Positions 39,301 through 53,369 of a DNA stretch of 64,000 nt are shown piece by piece (position 1 is the first letter of the stretch; each line of letters begins with the position of its first letter). The notes under the pieces were generated by a model. That model worked only from the letters and a program-made list of their open reading frames with translations. It did not search any database and was not told the DNA's origin. This DNA is from Ramazzottius varieornatus (lineage: Eukaryota > Animalia > Tardigrada): positions 1-64,000 of the forward strand of contig BDGG01000016.1 in the NCBI GenBank assembly GCA_001949185.1. Direction: 5' to 3'. A program made the position numbers and the translations under genes.

Positions 39301-42300
39301 TTGGTCGCGAGTCCTCGATCAGTAGTTTACGTCCCGTGACCTTCATGTGAATAGGTTAAAGGATTCAAGGGGAAAAAGAGGTGCAGTGTATATCAATCAG
39401 TACGAGACTGCTGGAGTGCTTGGGCGGAAGTGAAGTGGTCATACATAGTGTATATACAGCCATCACTTGTTCTTTACGGCTAATTTACGAGGAGATAAGA
39501 GATTATGGCTCGATCGTCACCGTCCACTCTTGTGCAAGCAACCATGCTTTTAACCTGTCTAAGCTCCGTCTCGCTCACTTTATGGCTTTTGACACCGTCC
39601 TTCTCCGCTCTAGCACGCTTCGAGCTTCAAACTTTACTCGATCGTCCACCTTGGCAGCAAAGGGTTTATGTCGTCACCATTTTTCCAAACGTGAATCTGG
39701 GCGATCGGTAGGCTCGGTTCCTTCTACCCATAAATCCATTTACATGTTCATCTCGTCAAAAAGTTTCTTTTCGGGAAGAAGGGTGACAGTCGTGTCGATT
39801 AATAGCATTACAACCATTAATTAGGCACAGGGTGAATCGACTGTGTACCAGTGAAGGGAGATTAGGTTGCAAGAAGCGAGGCAGGGGATCGAGTAATACG
39901 GGGAAATGTGGAGATTTTTGTGGCGTCGTTGCTGTCTAAGGAGTCTTTCTGTGTGTCGCCAATGCCCACTCTTGTCAAGTCTTTTTCTCAGCGTCATTAG
40001 TGGCTACCTCGTTCAGCCATAATGGTCATGGCTCACGGTTTTCTCTCCCTGTCCTAATGACTGCTAATTGTTTCTCAAAGTCCTTGAACCAATCTTTTTG
40101 TTCTTTCCAGTACTTTGTACCCCAGTGTTCTCGGTATAGTGTTTCCAAGCAGGCAACGGCCGGAAGTTCAACATTAAATTCAGCCCGGGAAGAAGAGTGT
40201 GGTGACTACGTTGCTCCGATAAGCTTTGGCTTGTGAGCGCTAAGGTGAAGGTTATCAGTATGGATGATGAGAGCGAAAAGAAAAGATGAGGCCTCCTGTG
40301 GAGCACACTTCTTAGATCTTAATTAAGGCCAATCTACCTGTCTCCAACTTTAGGGCCTTCTTGCAGAACGCCTCTAGCCTTGCACATACTGGCTGTATGC
40401 ATTCCATACCTTGTCAGATTTGACTCGAGGGATCCGTCAAATACTGTCTGACAAGTTGCCAGCGCTGTGAAGCCCGTAAGGCGAAATTCGGGAGCCGGGA
40501 AGACGCTTTCGCTTGACCAGTTCCCGTAAGAAAGGTCAGCTGCCTTTCCGTATTGAATATGGATTCTGTTTAGGCAAGTGTAGTCGGTGCAACGAGGCAT
40601 AGGAGAAATCATTGTTGGCTTTGATAGGCTGGCTATATCGTTGCTCCGTGTTTATTCACGGCAAAAGTTCACACGCTAGCCTTTGTTGTTCCACTGACTG
40701 TAACTTTTATTTGATGATAGCAGATCGGGCCAGCAAAAGCCACCTTTCAGAAGTGAGCTGCATGCACTTCAACCCCACTGTTTCCTTCCGCCCTTCTTCG
40801 CGGCAGGTCGCTGCGATTTCCAAAGGTAAGAAGCACAATTCGACTAGCGAAAGGTCACGATATTGCCCTTACGCTTATTAAAGTTTAAAGAGTTCGTAGG
40901 GGACAGTGAGCCTTTGATGAATATTAACAAGAATACCAGGAGAATGTTGCTTTGCATTTTGGAGCAAATTGGTTTGCACCTGTGTTGACTATACGGTTGT
41001 ATTGTTTGCCGTCAGCTTTTGATCGGTGACACTGTTTTATTTCCCCAGAAGCTGGTCAGCAGCTACTTGGCCTGCATGTACTTCTTTTTATGACGGAAGG
41101 ATCGTCTTTTGAACTGTGAGTTTGACAAAGGTCTTGGTGTGATAGTGCAGCACGTTTATGGTTCGTCTCCGCTGGCTTGCTGCGCTAATTTTACTAAACG
41201 GACGGTGGAATGGACGATGACAAAGCCTTGTCGCCGTTATGCTGATCGTCCAGTAGCAACTGTGTGGAAGCAGGGTCGTAGTAGAAGATAGGAAAATGAC
41301 CAGTGGAAAATGAAGAGACAGTCTCGACGGAGCATGGCGACATGCATGCGAAAGATGGACGAAGAGGGGAAGGAGCTTCTAGTGAGCGTCGCCGGGCTTG
41401 AAGTGGAGATAGTTTGTGGAAATGGCCTCTTCACTCTTTGCCTCGATGGTTTGTGGCATTCCTCTTTTCCGTCTTTTCAATTGGACAATTAGTCGCAGCC
41501 AACATTATAACCCCCGCAAATTGAAACGCCGAGTGTTGCCTGTCCGCGTATTTGCTCAGAAAGGGACAAGTGGCAAAGACGACATGAGAACATATTCCCC
41601 TATTGTCCCCCTAGTCTGATTGATGCTTCTTCATCCTTTTGTCTCTCCGTACATAATCAGTGTTAAGCCTGATTTTCCATCACGGCAAAGCTAATATCAC
41701 ACCAAGTTGGAGGGAAGGGATGAAGGGGATAGCTGGGCATATTGTTCTGGATGGCTCTTCAACAGAACCATCCTTCAGCCCCCCACATCAAGCTCTTCAT
41801 CCGCCAGCTCAAGAGCCAGGCTTGCAATAATATTGACCTGACTCTTTGCTCTTCTACCCTACACTCCATAAATAATTACATATCAGCAGGCTTTTGTCGT
41901 GAGCTGTGGTATATGCATATTCGTCGAGGTCTCCGTAAAATTCTGAAATTTATCCGGGAAGCCGGCAAATGACATGCAGAAGGTCGTAATATCAAGCGGC
42001 GCACGCTTACAGCTTTGGGCAGTGAGAATGTGCGCCACGTAAGAACAACGATTGGTGTACATTTAGTTCGCAAATTTCGCGCGTGTAGGTGGCCACGTAG
42101 AATTTTCTTCTTTTGTCTCTGGGGAAGCAGCTGAGCGGGAAAATGTGGCTGCCACATCGCGACGGTCAGGCAGCTAGCTAGTCTAATTAGAATAATAATA
42201 CAGTGGTTATTGAATAGTAATGCCTTGTCAAAGGCTTCGGACATTGTCAACATTATTGACCGCCGGTAACAGAAACCCTCAACGATCTGTGTAACCACCG

Positions 42301-45300
42301 CATAACAACCGACGACTTCCCACCACCTTCAACCGCGAAGTCCAACTTGCAACCACTATGACATACTGACAAACTGAAGAAAAAATAAACGCTGACGATA
42401 ATGGGTAATGTTTGCAAGGCAAACTTTCTCTGCTTATGTTCACGGCTGCTCTTTTGCATGTCCTCAAACGAAAAAATTATTGCCGGTTACCGATCGGTGT
42501 AACCGACGAAAGAAATCATCAGAAATGTATCTCGTCAAGTTTATGATGGGTATTGTTGGGGGCTGTAATGATATGGTTTGAGGGTGTTGTAGGCGGACAA
42601 GTCTGGGAGAAGACGCCCTTCCATCTTCGGAGTTTCTCTTTCCATTGATGATGAACGATTAGATCTTGTCATTTGGAGAGATGGAAGATGGAGGTTAATT
42701 AAGCTGGCCGAATGGAATGCCAGATTTATCCAAGGAGACAATCGTCATTAGCCACAGGTTGCTGCGTCTGCAAATACCCTCTGGAATGTGTCCGATTCGT
42801 GCTGGCTAGTTGTGCTCTTGCAGTCTCCTCTTTTCAGGGACTGAAGCGATCGGAGCTTGGCGAACCTTTTCGGCGTTTTTTCAAATGTAGAACTTGTGTA
42901 GGTCATGTTAGAACGAGTGCGCATGTGAAGCTGGGATAGGTTGCAGCATCGTGCGCAGTGGGCGATATTTGGGAAGGGAGATTAATGGGTTGAATGATGG
43001 AAAGTGATGGGGCAGTTTGAAGAGGAGATATAGTCTTGGAGGGAGGTCGAGTGCCATCTTACCTCTATTCGGAAATAGATAGATAGTCCCCCTTTTATTG
43101 AATTATACTGTACCTGTCTTGTGAAAGATAAGAGAGGCATGCCATCGACAAGATGGACGGTCAAAGCGTCGAAGCAATCCACCTTTCATACTTTTAGCTC
43201 TAAATTTCCTGCTCGCTACCAATCAAGATGTCGTCCACTTATACCATAATCAAATTCACCGTAGAGTGCGAGAAGGGCGTGGACGACGTCGTTACAGTCT
43301 CTCCTCGTTAACCTTACGGCGCATTGCCCACCATACTTTTGAACGTGTGCAGAGATGATGGAGAGACTATGGTGGCTATAAATATATTGATAAGTTTCCA
43401 CTTCAATGGAAATTCGACTCACACAGAGAAGGAGTCCCAAAACACATGGGAACCAGATGAGGAAGCTTGGAGGGAGACTATATGCCACCTTCCATCTTCT
43501 CATCTGCATACAATTGTCCAAAGTTCCCAACCGGAGTCGAATTACCCCCTTTGCCCGTATATTCATTGCCACTTGTCTTCTTCTGGCTTACTCTTCCTGC
43601 GGTGCAAAGTCAGGAATATTCAGAGCATGAAGAAGGCAATGGACTGTATAGGGAAGGTAGGCAAATGAATCGAACCAGATCGCTGTCTGTAGTGGCGCTC
43701 GTTTTCACTGTTATTAGCTGGAAGTGTGCGCCAATTGGGAGAATAAACTCGGCAAGAATATTTTCCAAGCGGCGCACGGGTCCACTGTTGTTAGCTGGAA
43801 GTGTGCGCCACTGGGCAAAGCAATCTGGTCCAAATCGTTCGCCCCGTCCCATATGACTCGAAATTCGGGTCCAGTCTAGCAATATGGTTTCGCATGAAAA
43901 GGGAAGCAAAGGAGTTTCTGGTATATTATTGAGGAAGAGAAAGGAAGATGGATGTCGCTGGGTTGTGTGGTGGTTAATGTCATCGGGTATAAGGGGAAGA
44001 TATGCTCTGCTGATGGTGTCATGCCGGGTAAATGATAGATGTCGGTAACGCGTGAAATTTTTGATTCGACATGGCGCACTATGCAAGCATACAATACAGT
44101 ATGCCGTGCGTGAGGATTATAGGGATATGATAAGGCTGGGCTAATATGGATGGATCATGGCCGAGATGTCAAGGGTCACTTCCTGTCCCTGTAATAACTT
44201 TACACGCTATACGACGTCGGTCAGCAAAATGCCTCCTGTCCACTCTAATAACAATGTGAATTCCCCAGCTCCCTCTCTCTTGCATGTAAAATTCCAGTGC
44301 TAAAGTTGATCTGGTTCACTGAACAGGTTTATGGCTTAGGTGAAGCCATAATTGAAGACTATTAAATTATTTGTTGCTCGTTTGTCTGTCATCTCGTCAA
44401 TTTTCGAGCCAGTTCACAGCGCCGCGAGCCCTTGCAGTGTTTATAAGACTGTAATGTTACATGTGGCGATAAGTGGTCATTCTTCCGATCATTTAAAGAA
44501 TGATGATCTTCCTTGCCTCTGATGGCTGCCAGCATCACGGCTCCATTTCCGGTTTGGTCACCTTCTGACCACATCCTTACTAGCAGCATCTCTGCTTCAG
44601 GGTCTTTCTTCGGGCATATCGGCGCAGCTGCCGACTTCCGGCGGCCGCCTTAGCCGGGCAAAGTCTAGGCTTGCTTATTTGAGATGCGGGCGATTAAATT
44701 CGCACAAATTTTTTCCCAAGTGGCGCACATTTTCAGCCAATAACAATGCAAACGTGCGCCTCTTGAAACAGCGATCTGCACGAATTTATTAACAGCAGAA
44801 TTGTACGTTTCACACTTTATCCGTTAACGATAAGGCTGTATCGGTCGCGAAGCTTCTTGTGTAGGCGATGTCTGCTTGGGGAGTAGCATCGGACAGTCGT
44901 TGTTTGCAGAAGGGGAAGGTGATAGGCACTATCGTTCTTGTCAATAGGGACGATGTACAGTGGGGTTGTCCCTCGAGGTCGCTGCAAAGTACGTTGAGGT
45001 GGACGAGTAAAGGCACAGCCCGCTAGTGGATATAAGGCTGTGGTAAAGGTAGAATTGTTCGACAGGGGGAAGATACCAGCGGTCTTCGTTACTGATGATA
45101 GCGACCTCGCTGATGTTATGTGGCTTGTTTCAGTGCATCGTCAGGGCGACTTCCGCTTCGAATAAAGCGAACTAGCCAATAAAGCGATAACAGGCGCATG
45201 ACATGGCTGAATAAATTAGCAGTAAATTATCGCGCTCATGACCGATTAAATTATGAGCAGGGCTGCTGAGCACCGCTTCCACCGAACGATGCAATGAGGC

Positions 45301-48300
45301 CATATATGTCTATCAGACGGATAAATTTATGCATAAAAATGTTGTTTTTTTCGAAAGTTGGAGAGCCGGTGTAGAGTCTAGTCGACCATTGTTGGAAGGC
45401 TGGAGGCGCCCTCTTTGCCACATTCACACATAAGTCATTAACATCACAATGGCCGACGTCTAATGCATCTTGGCGTAAGACGTTTTCGGTAAAAGACTCT
45501 TTTGAGCCAGCACCATGTTTTACCAACAAAACATGTCATTCCACTAACTTATGACTTTTTACCTGCGACCACTCAAAATGAGCCAGCAGCCAATCGAGCC
45601 AAGAACCGCACCTGCGTTGCGTACGACATGCTGCTCAAGACCAACTAGATAGTCTTGTCTTGCTACTGCTTCGTTCGGAAGCTTTTTTTTGGCAAAGCGA
45701 AGTAGATCGACCACGAGTTTGCTTCAAAGTGGTTTCGCGGAAAGAGATTAGAGATTTTGCAGTTTGAGTTGTGGAGAAAGAGGGTCGACTGTTATCGAGA
45801 AAGAGGGTCGACTGTTATCGAGCCGAGGTTCTTTGTTGGGAGCTGGATAAGCTGACTTTGACTTGATGTACGGAGCGAGTGTTATCGGACGTTTATTGGG
45901 CCCGATAGACTTGAACGTACCATGACAAGCTTGTCCAAGGCATAACAGGACCAAGAAAAGACGGAAATCTGATTGTCAATGGACGACAACGCCTGACTGT
46001 GGCCTGACTACAGCTTCCGGGAAACGCCGATAGACCCTGACAGCCTCTTTCCTTTGCATCGCGGGACAGGACGTTCAGTCGGAAGTTTTATCGACCGACG
46101 AGAAGCTTTCTCGATCGGGATGTGATTGAATGAAGAAGTTTGTCGCCGAGGTTGACACAAGCCCTCTTATTGTGTACTCTGTTGTCTCCGAGAATGTTTC
46201 GTGCCGTTGGTGAACGGGCGATGACGCTATAGTCCCACGCTGGTTCTTCCTGTTGTTGATAAATGTCGATTCCGGCCTTATTGGTGTTCGCTCCTCTCTA
46301 ATCATGCCTTTCTCCTCGCTGGTACCTACGAGCATGATGCCATCTCTTTATCCATTATCTCTCATCCAGAAACCTCTGGCTCTGCCCCCGACCAATTGCA
46401 CCTTTCCTTTCCCTCCCTTTGGTCCCTCACCGGAATTAGCCAGCAGCATGCCCTGCACTTTGCCTCACCGTCAAGCTTCTTCCGGCTTGCATTACTACGT
46501 AAGTGATAACTTCGTTGCCCCACTGCCATCTCATTGATCTTCCATCCTGGGTTGGGAGGATGAAAGGGAAGACTAAGAGCAGGTCACGAATGTTGTGCCG
46601 GTCGTACAGCGTAATTTGTCCCTGCCTGGCTGGAATGGTTGTTGTCTTTGCGGATGATGAACACGACGAGGGAATAAGTGGCAATATTCTTCCGGCTTAT
46701 TGAACATTGATTACAGGACTTGCTCTTCCCTTTTGCCTATCTTCCTTCGCTTGGCTTGCATCTTCGACATTAGGAAAGTCCCGACAGCATGTGGGAGGAG
46801 GGCAAATGATCTGTCCAAGATCTTTATCCCAAGTGGCGGATGTTCTGGTTGGTATTAGCTGAGAGAGTGCGTCGCTTGCGGAAACAATATGGTTCAGCTT
46901 ACTTGCCCAGTTTCCACATCGACTCAGTCACATCCTTGTCGTTCTTTCTGCGGGATCAGTCGATGCTTATTGGAAGGCTACATGCACTTCCGCTGGTTCG
47001 GTCGGTTGAATGGCTCTTTCTTGTCGCCATATTGGCTCTTTGTCAATCGATAGTCCCTTGAGGACCGTCTCAAAGTGCGCAATTGCCAATCTGGCGCTGT
47101 ACGACAGGGAAACAGACGATGAAAGAAGCTTTCAGGTCTCCGCAAATTCAATTCCGATCCCCTTTGAAGATTCTTGGACAGAGTTGTTGTTGTTGCAGGA
47201 AAGGGTCATCACTCAAGTCTCTTTGACGAGCTTTTATCGCTAGTAACGCCCCATATTGTTCTTGTCAATTTCGACAGCCCAAATTGACTTCCCGTGGCTC
47301 TATAGGTGGATCCCCGAAATGTCCACAAGGGAAAAGGGAGTCTTTGTGGCGTCGAAAAGTGCTTGATGTCATATGGAGCTGCGTGCCCCTTTTTAGTTTT
47401 AATTGACTTGAGGGATAGAGTGATGCGTTGTCGTTGTGTGTATATACTGTAGATAGATATGACAAGTGTGTTGCGGGCGTCTCTGCGGTGCGCCTATTTG
47501 CGCGACAACACTCTCAAAACCGGTAGCTTCACTTGTCAAGATGCTCCTGCTGTCACCGTCACTTGCCAAACACTATAAGAAAAGCATGACACTTTTCTCC
47601 TCTCTGTAAGAACCTCAAAGGACACGTTCAGGAAGAGATCGTGGGATAATCCATCACTTTAACTATATAAGTCGAAAGAGAGTACCTGTCAAGTCACACT
47701 TGCCACAGTCAGTATATAAATACCACATGTGGCGCATACACTATTCGGCTTCGACCTGGCTGCTGGTCAGGAACCAGTGACCTTTCTCGAGGCTGCTGGA
47801 GTTCCTTCCTCTCTAACAAGGCCCAGGCGTGGTCCTGTCCAGTAGTCGTTGGAAAATCTTTTTCCCATCTTATAGTCATTACTCTAGGTGGAAAAACTGA
47901 GATAGACGATATCGCCGCTTGTGATCGGGTTTAATGCTTTCGTTTGCTTGCCGTTACTGGTTTGACCGATTGATGACCACTGTATCTATGTTAACTGTGC
48001 GGTGACTCTGCATTTTCTTGCTGATAGGACAGGCCTCTAACGTTTGAGGAACGATGGGTCAACAGCAGTATGAGTTTATGGCCTTATGTGTGATGGAACT
48101 TTATTTATATTGAGTGTGGTTTGCAGGGTGGACGGATGATGCCGTCGCCACTGACGAGAGGTTCGCCAGCGCCCTCTCCCAGTGCGTTCGGACTTCTGCA
48201 CAATGGTACTCCGCCACCTGCACACATGGGCTTTCCTAACGGGCGGGGAACCACGTCACCCTTTGCCTCTCCTCACACTCCCTTCGCACCCTTCCACCAT

Positions 48301-49754
48301 CATCATCCAGCCTTTTCCCATCCCGACATGAACGCCGCCTCCGCCTGGTACGTCACTTCAGTTACTATCTCTTAGTGCAGTTCAAACTTACACGTACATT
48401 CCTGCTGCAGGATGCAACAAGCGTACATGAATGCCGCTTTACGAGGTGGCACCACTTCTCCCATGGCCGCTTCAATGGCTGGGGCATATCCACCCTACGG
48501 GGGTGGCTATGGTCGGATAGGCACCATGCCGTCACCACTGGGTCTCTTTCCGCCATTTCCTCCTTTTGGTATTCCTCACTCACCTGATCAGCACCACCAT
48601 GGAAGGTAAGACAAGAATTCTTAGCTTTCGATTCTTTCCCCTGAGCACAGCATCTCAGCGGTGGTCTTGTTTCAGGTTTTCTTCACATGGGCACGAAGTT
48701 AGTTCCTCGCGCATGTCGCACGCCGATTCCTCCGCTTCGTCCACATCCAGCAATCGTGACTCCTCCGAACGATATCGTCACCGGAAAGACAAGCAGAACC
48801 ATGTCAAAAAACCTCTGAACGCCTTCATGTTGTATATGAAGGAAATGCGGGCGGAAGTGCAGTCCCAATGCACCCTCAAAGAGAGTGCAGCCATCAATCA
48901 AATACTCGGCAAAAAGGTGGGCGCTTTTTGTCAACCTATCTTCCATCTGTTCTCAATATCGTGTAGACCTACGAGCTAATATGCTTTTTGTCGTTTGTAG
49001 TGGCACGCACTGGATCGCCAAGAGCAAGCCAAGTATTACGAGATGGCCAAGCAAGAGCGGGAGAACCACGCCCGAGTCAACCCTGGCTGGACTGCCAAAG
49101 ATAACTACGCTGTCTGTGGCAAGAAGAAACGAAGGAAGAAGGAAAAGTCTGATGGTAAGGGACTTCGTTATAAATATTGTTCCAAGTGACGCACGTTTCT
49201 CGTGTCACTGGCCAAAGCGTGCCCACTCGTGGGAACGAAAGCCCGTTTTCATAAGTGGCACACGTTCCTAGTGTTTCTGGCTGGAATTATGCGCCACTTG
49301 GAAAAGCGCACAATCCGAGTCTGTTTGCCGGGCCTCCAAATAGCGAAAGTAAAATAATAAAGCAATAGCCTTTTATTTTCCTGTAATTGTTCTTGACATC
49401 GTTGTTTTTTCCCCATCTTTAGAACCCAAGAAATGCCGCGCGATATTTGGCATAGATCGGATGGGTGAATGGTGCAAGCCTTGCAAGTAAGTTTTTGGGT
49501 TGAATACCCGGTTGACGAACTCGTTCAAATGATGGTTTTTCTATTTTTGCAGACGAAAGAAGAAGTGTGTTCGATATTCGCAAAATGGGACCTTGTTGGT
49601 CAATGGTGGAGGAGATTACGGTAGCGATTCCAAGTCATCGGTCCTCGATTCCGTGGCTCACGTCTCGTCGTCAATGCAGACTTTGTCGCCATCTGCCGAT
49701 TCAGCAGCTTCCTCCACCTCGCCATCCTCGTCAGCTGCCGCCTCAACCGGTTGA
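36351..49754 (+). CDS. pan: TCF/LEF (pangolin) Wnt transcription factor
   Basis: Beta-catenin-binding [22 protein letters not shown]; HMG box [44 protein letters not shown]; basic tail; C-clamp [25 protein letters not shown]. ~9.3-kb intron 38781-48126. Confidence 0.95.
36564..36750. mobile_element. Palindromic MITE copy (double core)
   Basis: gggacgtcggcaaatg...catttgccgatctccc termini; two cores each with a 25-nt spacer; TCF intron 1. Confidence 0.8.
38378..38570. mobile_element. Palindromic MITE copy (double core)
   Basis: aaactcgacaagat...atcttgtcgagtt arms; two degenerate cores; TCF intron. Confidence 0.7.
41956..42080. mobile_element. Palindromic MITE copy (single core)
   Basis: gggaagccggcaaatg start; aagcggcgcac-N25-gtgcgccac; large TCF intron. 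Confidence 0.7.
43651..43850. mobile_element. Palindromic MITE copy (double core)
   Basis: gggaaggtaggcaaatg...ttcgccccgtccc; two cores each with a 25-nt spacer. Confidence 0.75.
44681..44790. mobile_element. Palindromic MITE copy (single core)
   Basis: cccaagtggcgcacattttcagccaataacaatgcaaacgtgcgcc, close to the consensus core. Confidence 0.75.
45774..45822. repeat. 23-bp tandem duplication
   Basis: gagaaagagggtcgactgttatc x2 in the TCF intron. Confidence 0.9.
46793..46915. mobile_element. Palindromic MITE copy (single core, degenerate)
   Basis: gggaggagggcaaatg...ttgcccagtttcc termini; aagtggcgga...gtgcgtcgctt core. Confidence 0.65.
49158..49337. mobile_element. Palindromic MITE copy (double core)
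   Basis: Two degenerate cores; right terminus gagtctgtttgccgggcctcc; TCF intron after the HMG exon. Confidence 0.65.
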
Positions 49755-51908
49755 ACTCTAAAGACTTACATTCTAATATTCCTTCTCTGTAACGAGCTAA
49801 TATGACTGCTGTGCTCACTCACGACAATGAAACCCAAGACGTTCCTGATTTTTCTTTAGATCTTACTCTCTTTATCGTACGTAACGATGCCAAGAAGCAT
49901 GACAGCTTTTTGTCCCAAGTCTTTTACGTTTTCGTGGGCCTGTTTTTAGAGCCTCTTATTGATTAACCTCTAGTATACTACTTTTAATTCGCTGTATTCC
50001 TTGAAGCGCAATAATCCTGACGCAGATCTAAGTTTTATCTTGTTTTGGATTTTTGAAGATGTTTAAATTTTTTGTCATGATTACCACTCGTGTCGGATTC
50101 GGACATAATCAGTTAATTTTTGTATGGGTCTCCCTTCTCCGAGAAGAAAGCTTCAAACTAGCTTGACACCAAGCATCACTGACCAGCCGTAACTGGTTCT
50201 TCGGTCTCTCGAATCTTGAAGACCCAGCTAAACCCTCCGGGCAGATTCTCATCGGCGTAGATTCTTCGGCATCCGTCCAAAACTGGGAGTACGAATCCCT
50301 AATCACACTAAGCCAGGGTGTCGGTGTATGTACAATCCACGGCTATTTTGCTGTTGTTTAGGACGGACATATCTCGCGGACCAGCGCGGCGGTCGCAGCA
50401 GGAGACACCGTCACCTAGGTGATACGTGAAGCTGGTCTTTGACGCCAGCCAGGAGCTGAAGGTGAATCCAAGAATGAATCCAAAAAGGTGGATATCATCA
50501 TCCCGAATACGCGGATGGAGAGGAGATGAAAGCCACCACCACCATCAAGCCTTGCCAACCATCGGAAACATCTTGGAGGTTGCTGCAACAGTGTTTACGA
50601 CGACCCACTTCCGATTGCGCATTCTACACCACCATAACAAGAGACTTCTGTATTCCCGTTCTTCGAGAAGCGGCCTTAGCCACGGGAACGAGTATCGCTG
50701 TCGGACGTTCCTTTTTTCCGGCGCGACGAACATTGCTTCGATGTGAAAGGTGGACTCGAAAGTTGGCCGGGTTTCTGCGCGGTACGACAAGAACTACCCT
50801 ATACGACCCGATCGATATTACTCATATTAGCATTTTTCCTTAATTTGTACTCGTACTGTACAGCGCGACCGAGCCACGGAGCCTGTAGCAAGTGACTTTG
50901 AACTTGGATGTGGCCAACACTGCATTTCATGAGAAGCAGCCGGTGCTGGACTTGCTGAAAGCCACACTGAACATGGCCAACCCTTCCCAAAGATTGAACA
51001 ATACACAACGATGGACCTTGGAAAAGGAAATAAGGGTCCTCAAGGTGGAAGTAAAGCGTAGCGGACGACTGCGGCGCATGCGTGTTACAGGTGTGTCTCG
51101 AGAGTCGGCGCAAACAAACCTTCGAGCATGAGGGCAAGAAGACAACGGTGGAAGCCTACTTTAAAAAAACCCACCAAGTGAAACTGACCTATGCTGAACT
51201 TCCTCTTTTGGAGGTGAGTCTACGCCGCTTCTTCAAAAGTGCGTGTTGATGACTGACACGCGTGTTATAGGTAGGGACCAAGAAGAACTTTCCGATGGAA
51301 GTCTGTACACTGATGGAGGGACAGAAGGTAATCCGGAAGCTGACGGACGACCAGACGTCGCTGATGGTCAAAAACTGTGCTCGACCAAGTACATGCACTC
51401 CTTCAAACGAATTAACAATATCCGCCCTTCCGCGTCAAAAGTGTCTGCTTCATCGTCCAACCTTCGTTACAGCTCCAAAACGGAAGGGATGCGTACAGTA
51501 TATCCTTGACAAAGTTGTAGGTAGGTTTTAATATAGTGATCCCTCCTTTTGCCGGAAGCGATCTAAATGTCGTGGTTTGTTGATTTATAGGCTATGACCA
51601 GAATCCCTACACCAAGGCAGTGTGGCATCAGCATTCGCAGCACGATGGATGACTTGGATGGACGAGTTCTACCCAAACCGACCATGGTTCAAGGACACGC
51701 AACCCAAAGCTCGAAATCCGGCGGTGGTCGAGGTCCGCAAAACCATTCCTTACTTGCTCATTAGGCCGCTCCTTTGTGACTTGGCTCGCTATCTTGTATA
51801 GCTGGATGTCAAAGACATGGACGGCATATGGGATCCTCGCAACGTCCGCTTCACTGCTCCCAAAGCGCTGGATAGCTGGGGTATGTGCTACTTATTACGA
51901 GCTAATTT

Positions 51909-52033
51909 GGGACGTCGGTAAAGGACTTCAGTCCAGATCGTTAACTCAAGCACGGTTCCACTGTTATTGGCCAAGAGCGTGCGCCACTCCCACTTGGAAA
52001 AGCAATCTGGGTGAATTCTTTTGTCGACGTCCG
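51909..52033. mobile_element. Palindromic MITE copy with ATTT target-site duplication
   Basis: ATTT at 51905-51908 and 52034-52037; gggacgtcggtaaa...tttgtcgacgtccg termini; in Ago intron. Confidence 0.8.
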
Positions 52034-52682
52034 ATTTGTCGCCTTATGAAGCCCGTTCTTCTGCATTTACAGTGGTCATGAATCTGGACGAATCACGTAA
52101 CGACCACAATGTTGAGCGTTTTATTGAAGACTTCATCGTTACGGCTAGGTGATGCCACCCCATAATCTACCTCCATGGTGATGTACCTGCGTTACTTTTT
52201 CGGCTGGTTCGTCGATAGGTTTCGCGGAATGTCTGTTGATAAACCCGTACTAGGCACCACGACCGACTCACCAGTTCCCGGGTATGGTTTCCATCTTTCG
52301 CGACCTGAAGAGCAAAAATACCACTGGTGACGACCAAGCGGGGTCCGCTCTATCCGGAAATCAAACAAGGCTGGTGATGTGGCGCTGGGTCTCGTCACAC
52401 AAGTTGTCCTAGGAGCCGATAACTTCAAAAGCGTGAACAAAGGCGCTGGTGCATTGAACCAATACGTCTCCAACATTCTGCTGAAAGTCAATGCCAAGCT
52501 TGGCGGTAAGCTTGTTTCGGTGAAGAGGTCCCTGTTTGTTGGTACTCAGGATCGCCTTTGCTGTTCAACAGGAACTAACAGCCAGTCATGAATCTCGTCA
52601 AAACCGTCGATATCAAGCACTTTACCGACGTAGTACAGTATACTTAAACCACTTCCCGCCAAAGTGATCTGATATATTTTCT

Positions 52683-52772
52683 CCGCCATTACAGCCTACA
52701 ATCATTTTTGGCGCCGACGTCACGCATCCGCCATTACAGCCTACAATCATTTTTGGCGCCGACGTCACGCAT
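52683..52772 (+). repeat. Perfect 45-bp tandem duplication spanning a splice acceptor and the GADVTH motif
   Basis: ccgccattacagcctacaatcatttttggcgccgacgtcacgcat x2, followed by cca TGA. Confidence 0.95.
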
Positions 52773-53245
52773 CCATGAAACTTCTGTCGCTTAAGTGACA
52801 GATCTTAAAGACAAACTGAATTATTGTTGTCTCATGCTAGGCGAGGGAACGCATGAGCCCTCTATAGCCGCCGCGGTGACATCCCACAATCGTTCCTTCA
52901 CGCAATATACAGCGCGGGCTCGAGCTCAAGGCCATCGCGAAGAAATAATGTCCACTCCGAAAGATATGGTTACAGAACTGATGCAAGAGTTCAAGCGGCG
53001 AAGTGGTGAACGAGAACCGCAGCGCATCATCTTCTTCCGCGATGGTGTTTCGAAAGGCCAGTACATGCAGGTGCGATAGCATGCGGACCCGTTGATGTTA
53101 TGGGCTTCCCTTGGTATCCCTGTTCTTCCCAGTTTTTACCTTTTCTTGCTGTGTAGGTTATGCGTGACGAACTGACAGCAATTCAGGCCGCATGTCAGGT
53201 CCTGACTCCCACCGGAGACTACAAGCCGTCTATAGCGTAAAAGTT

Positions 53246-53369
53246 GGAAACTCGTCAAACAAATTCAGTCAGACAGTTTTCCCAAGTGGCGCACGCTTTT
53301 TGCCAGTAGTACTGAAAACGTGCGCCACTCGGGAGAAACGATCCGTTCGAGTATGTCAGCCGAGCGCCT
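53246..53369. mobile_element. Palindromic MITE copy (single core)
   Basis: cccaagtggcgcac-N25-gtgcgccactcggg; in Ago intron. Confidence 0.8.

Noticed and set aside
36110-47170. TCF-binding motifs (CTTTGWW at ~36117, 40619, 40912, 47163) suggesting autoregulation
   Set aside because: The count seen is no greater than the roughly half-dozen expected by chance over this length.
38781-48126. Many 60-200-aa ORFs in the large TCF intron
   Set aside because: No recognisable domains or consistent exon structure; mostly non-ATG starts; treated as chance ORFs.
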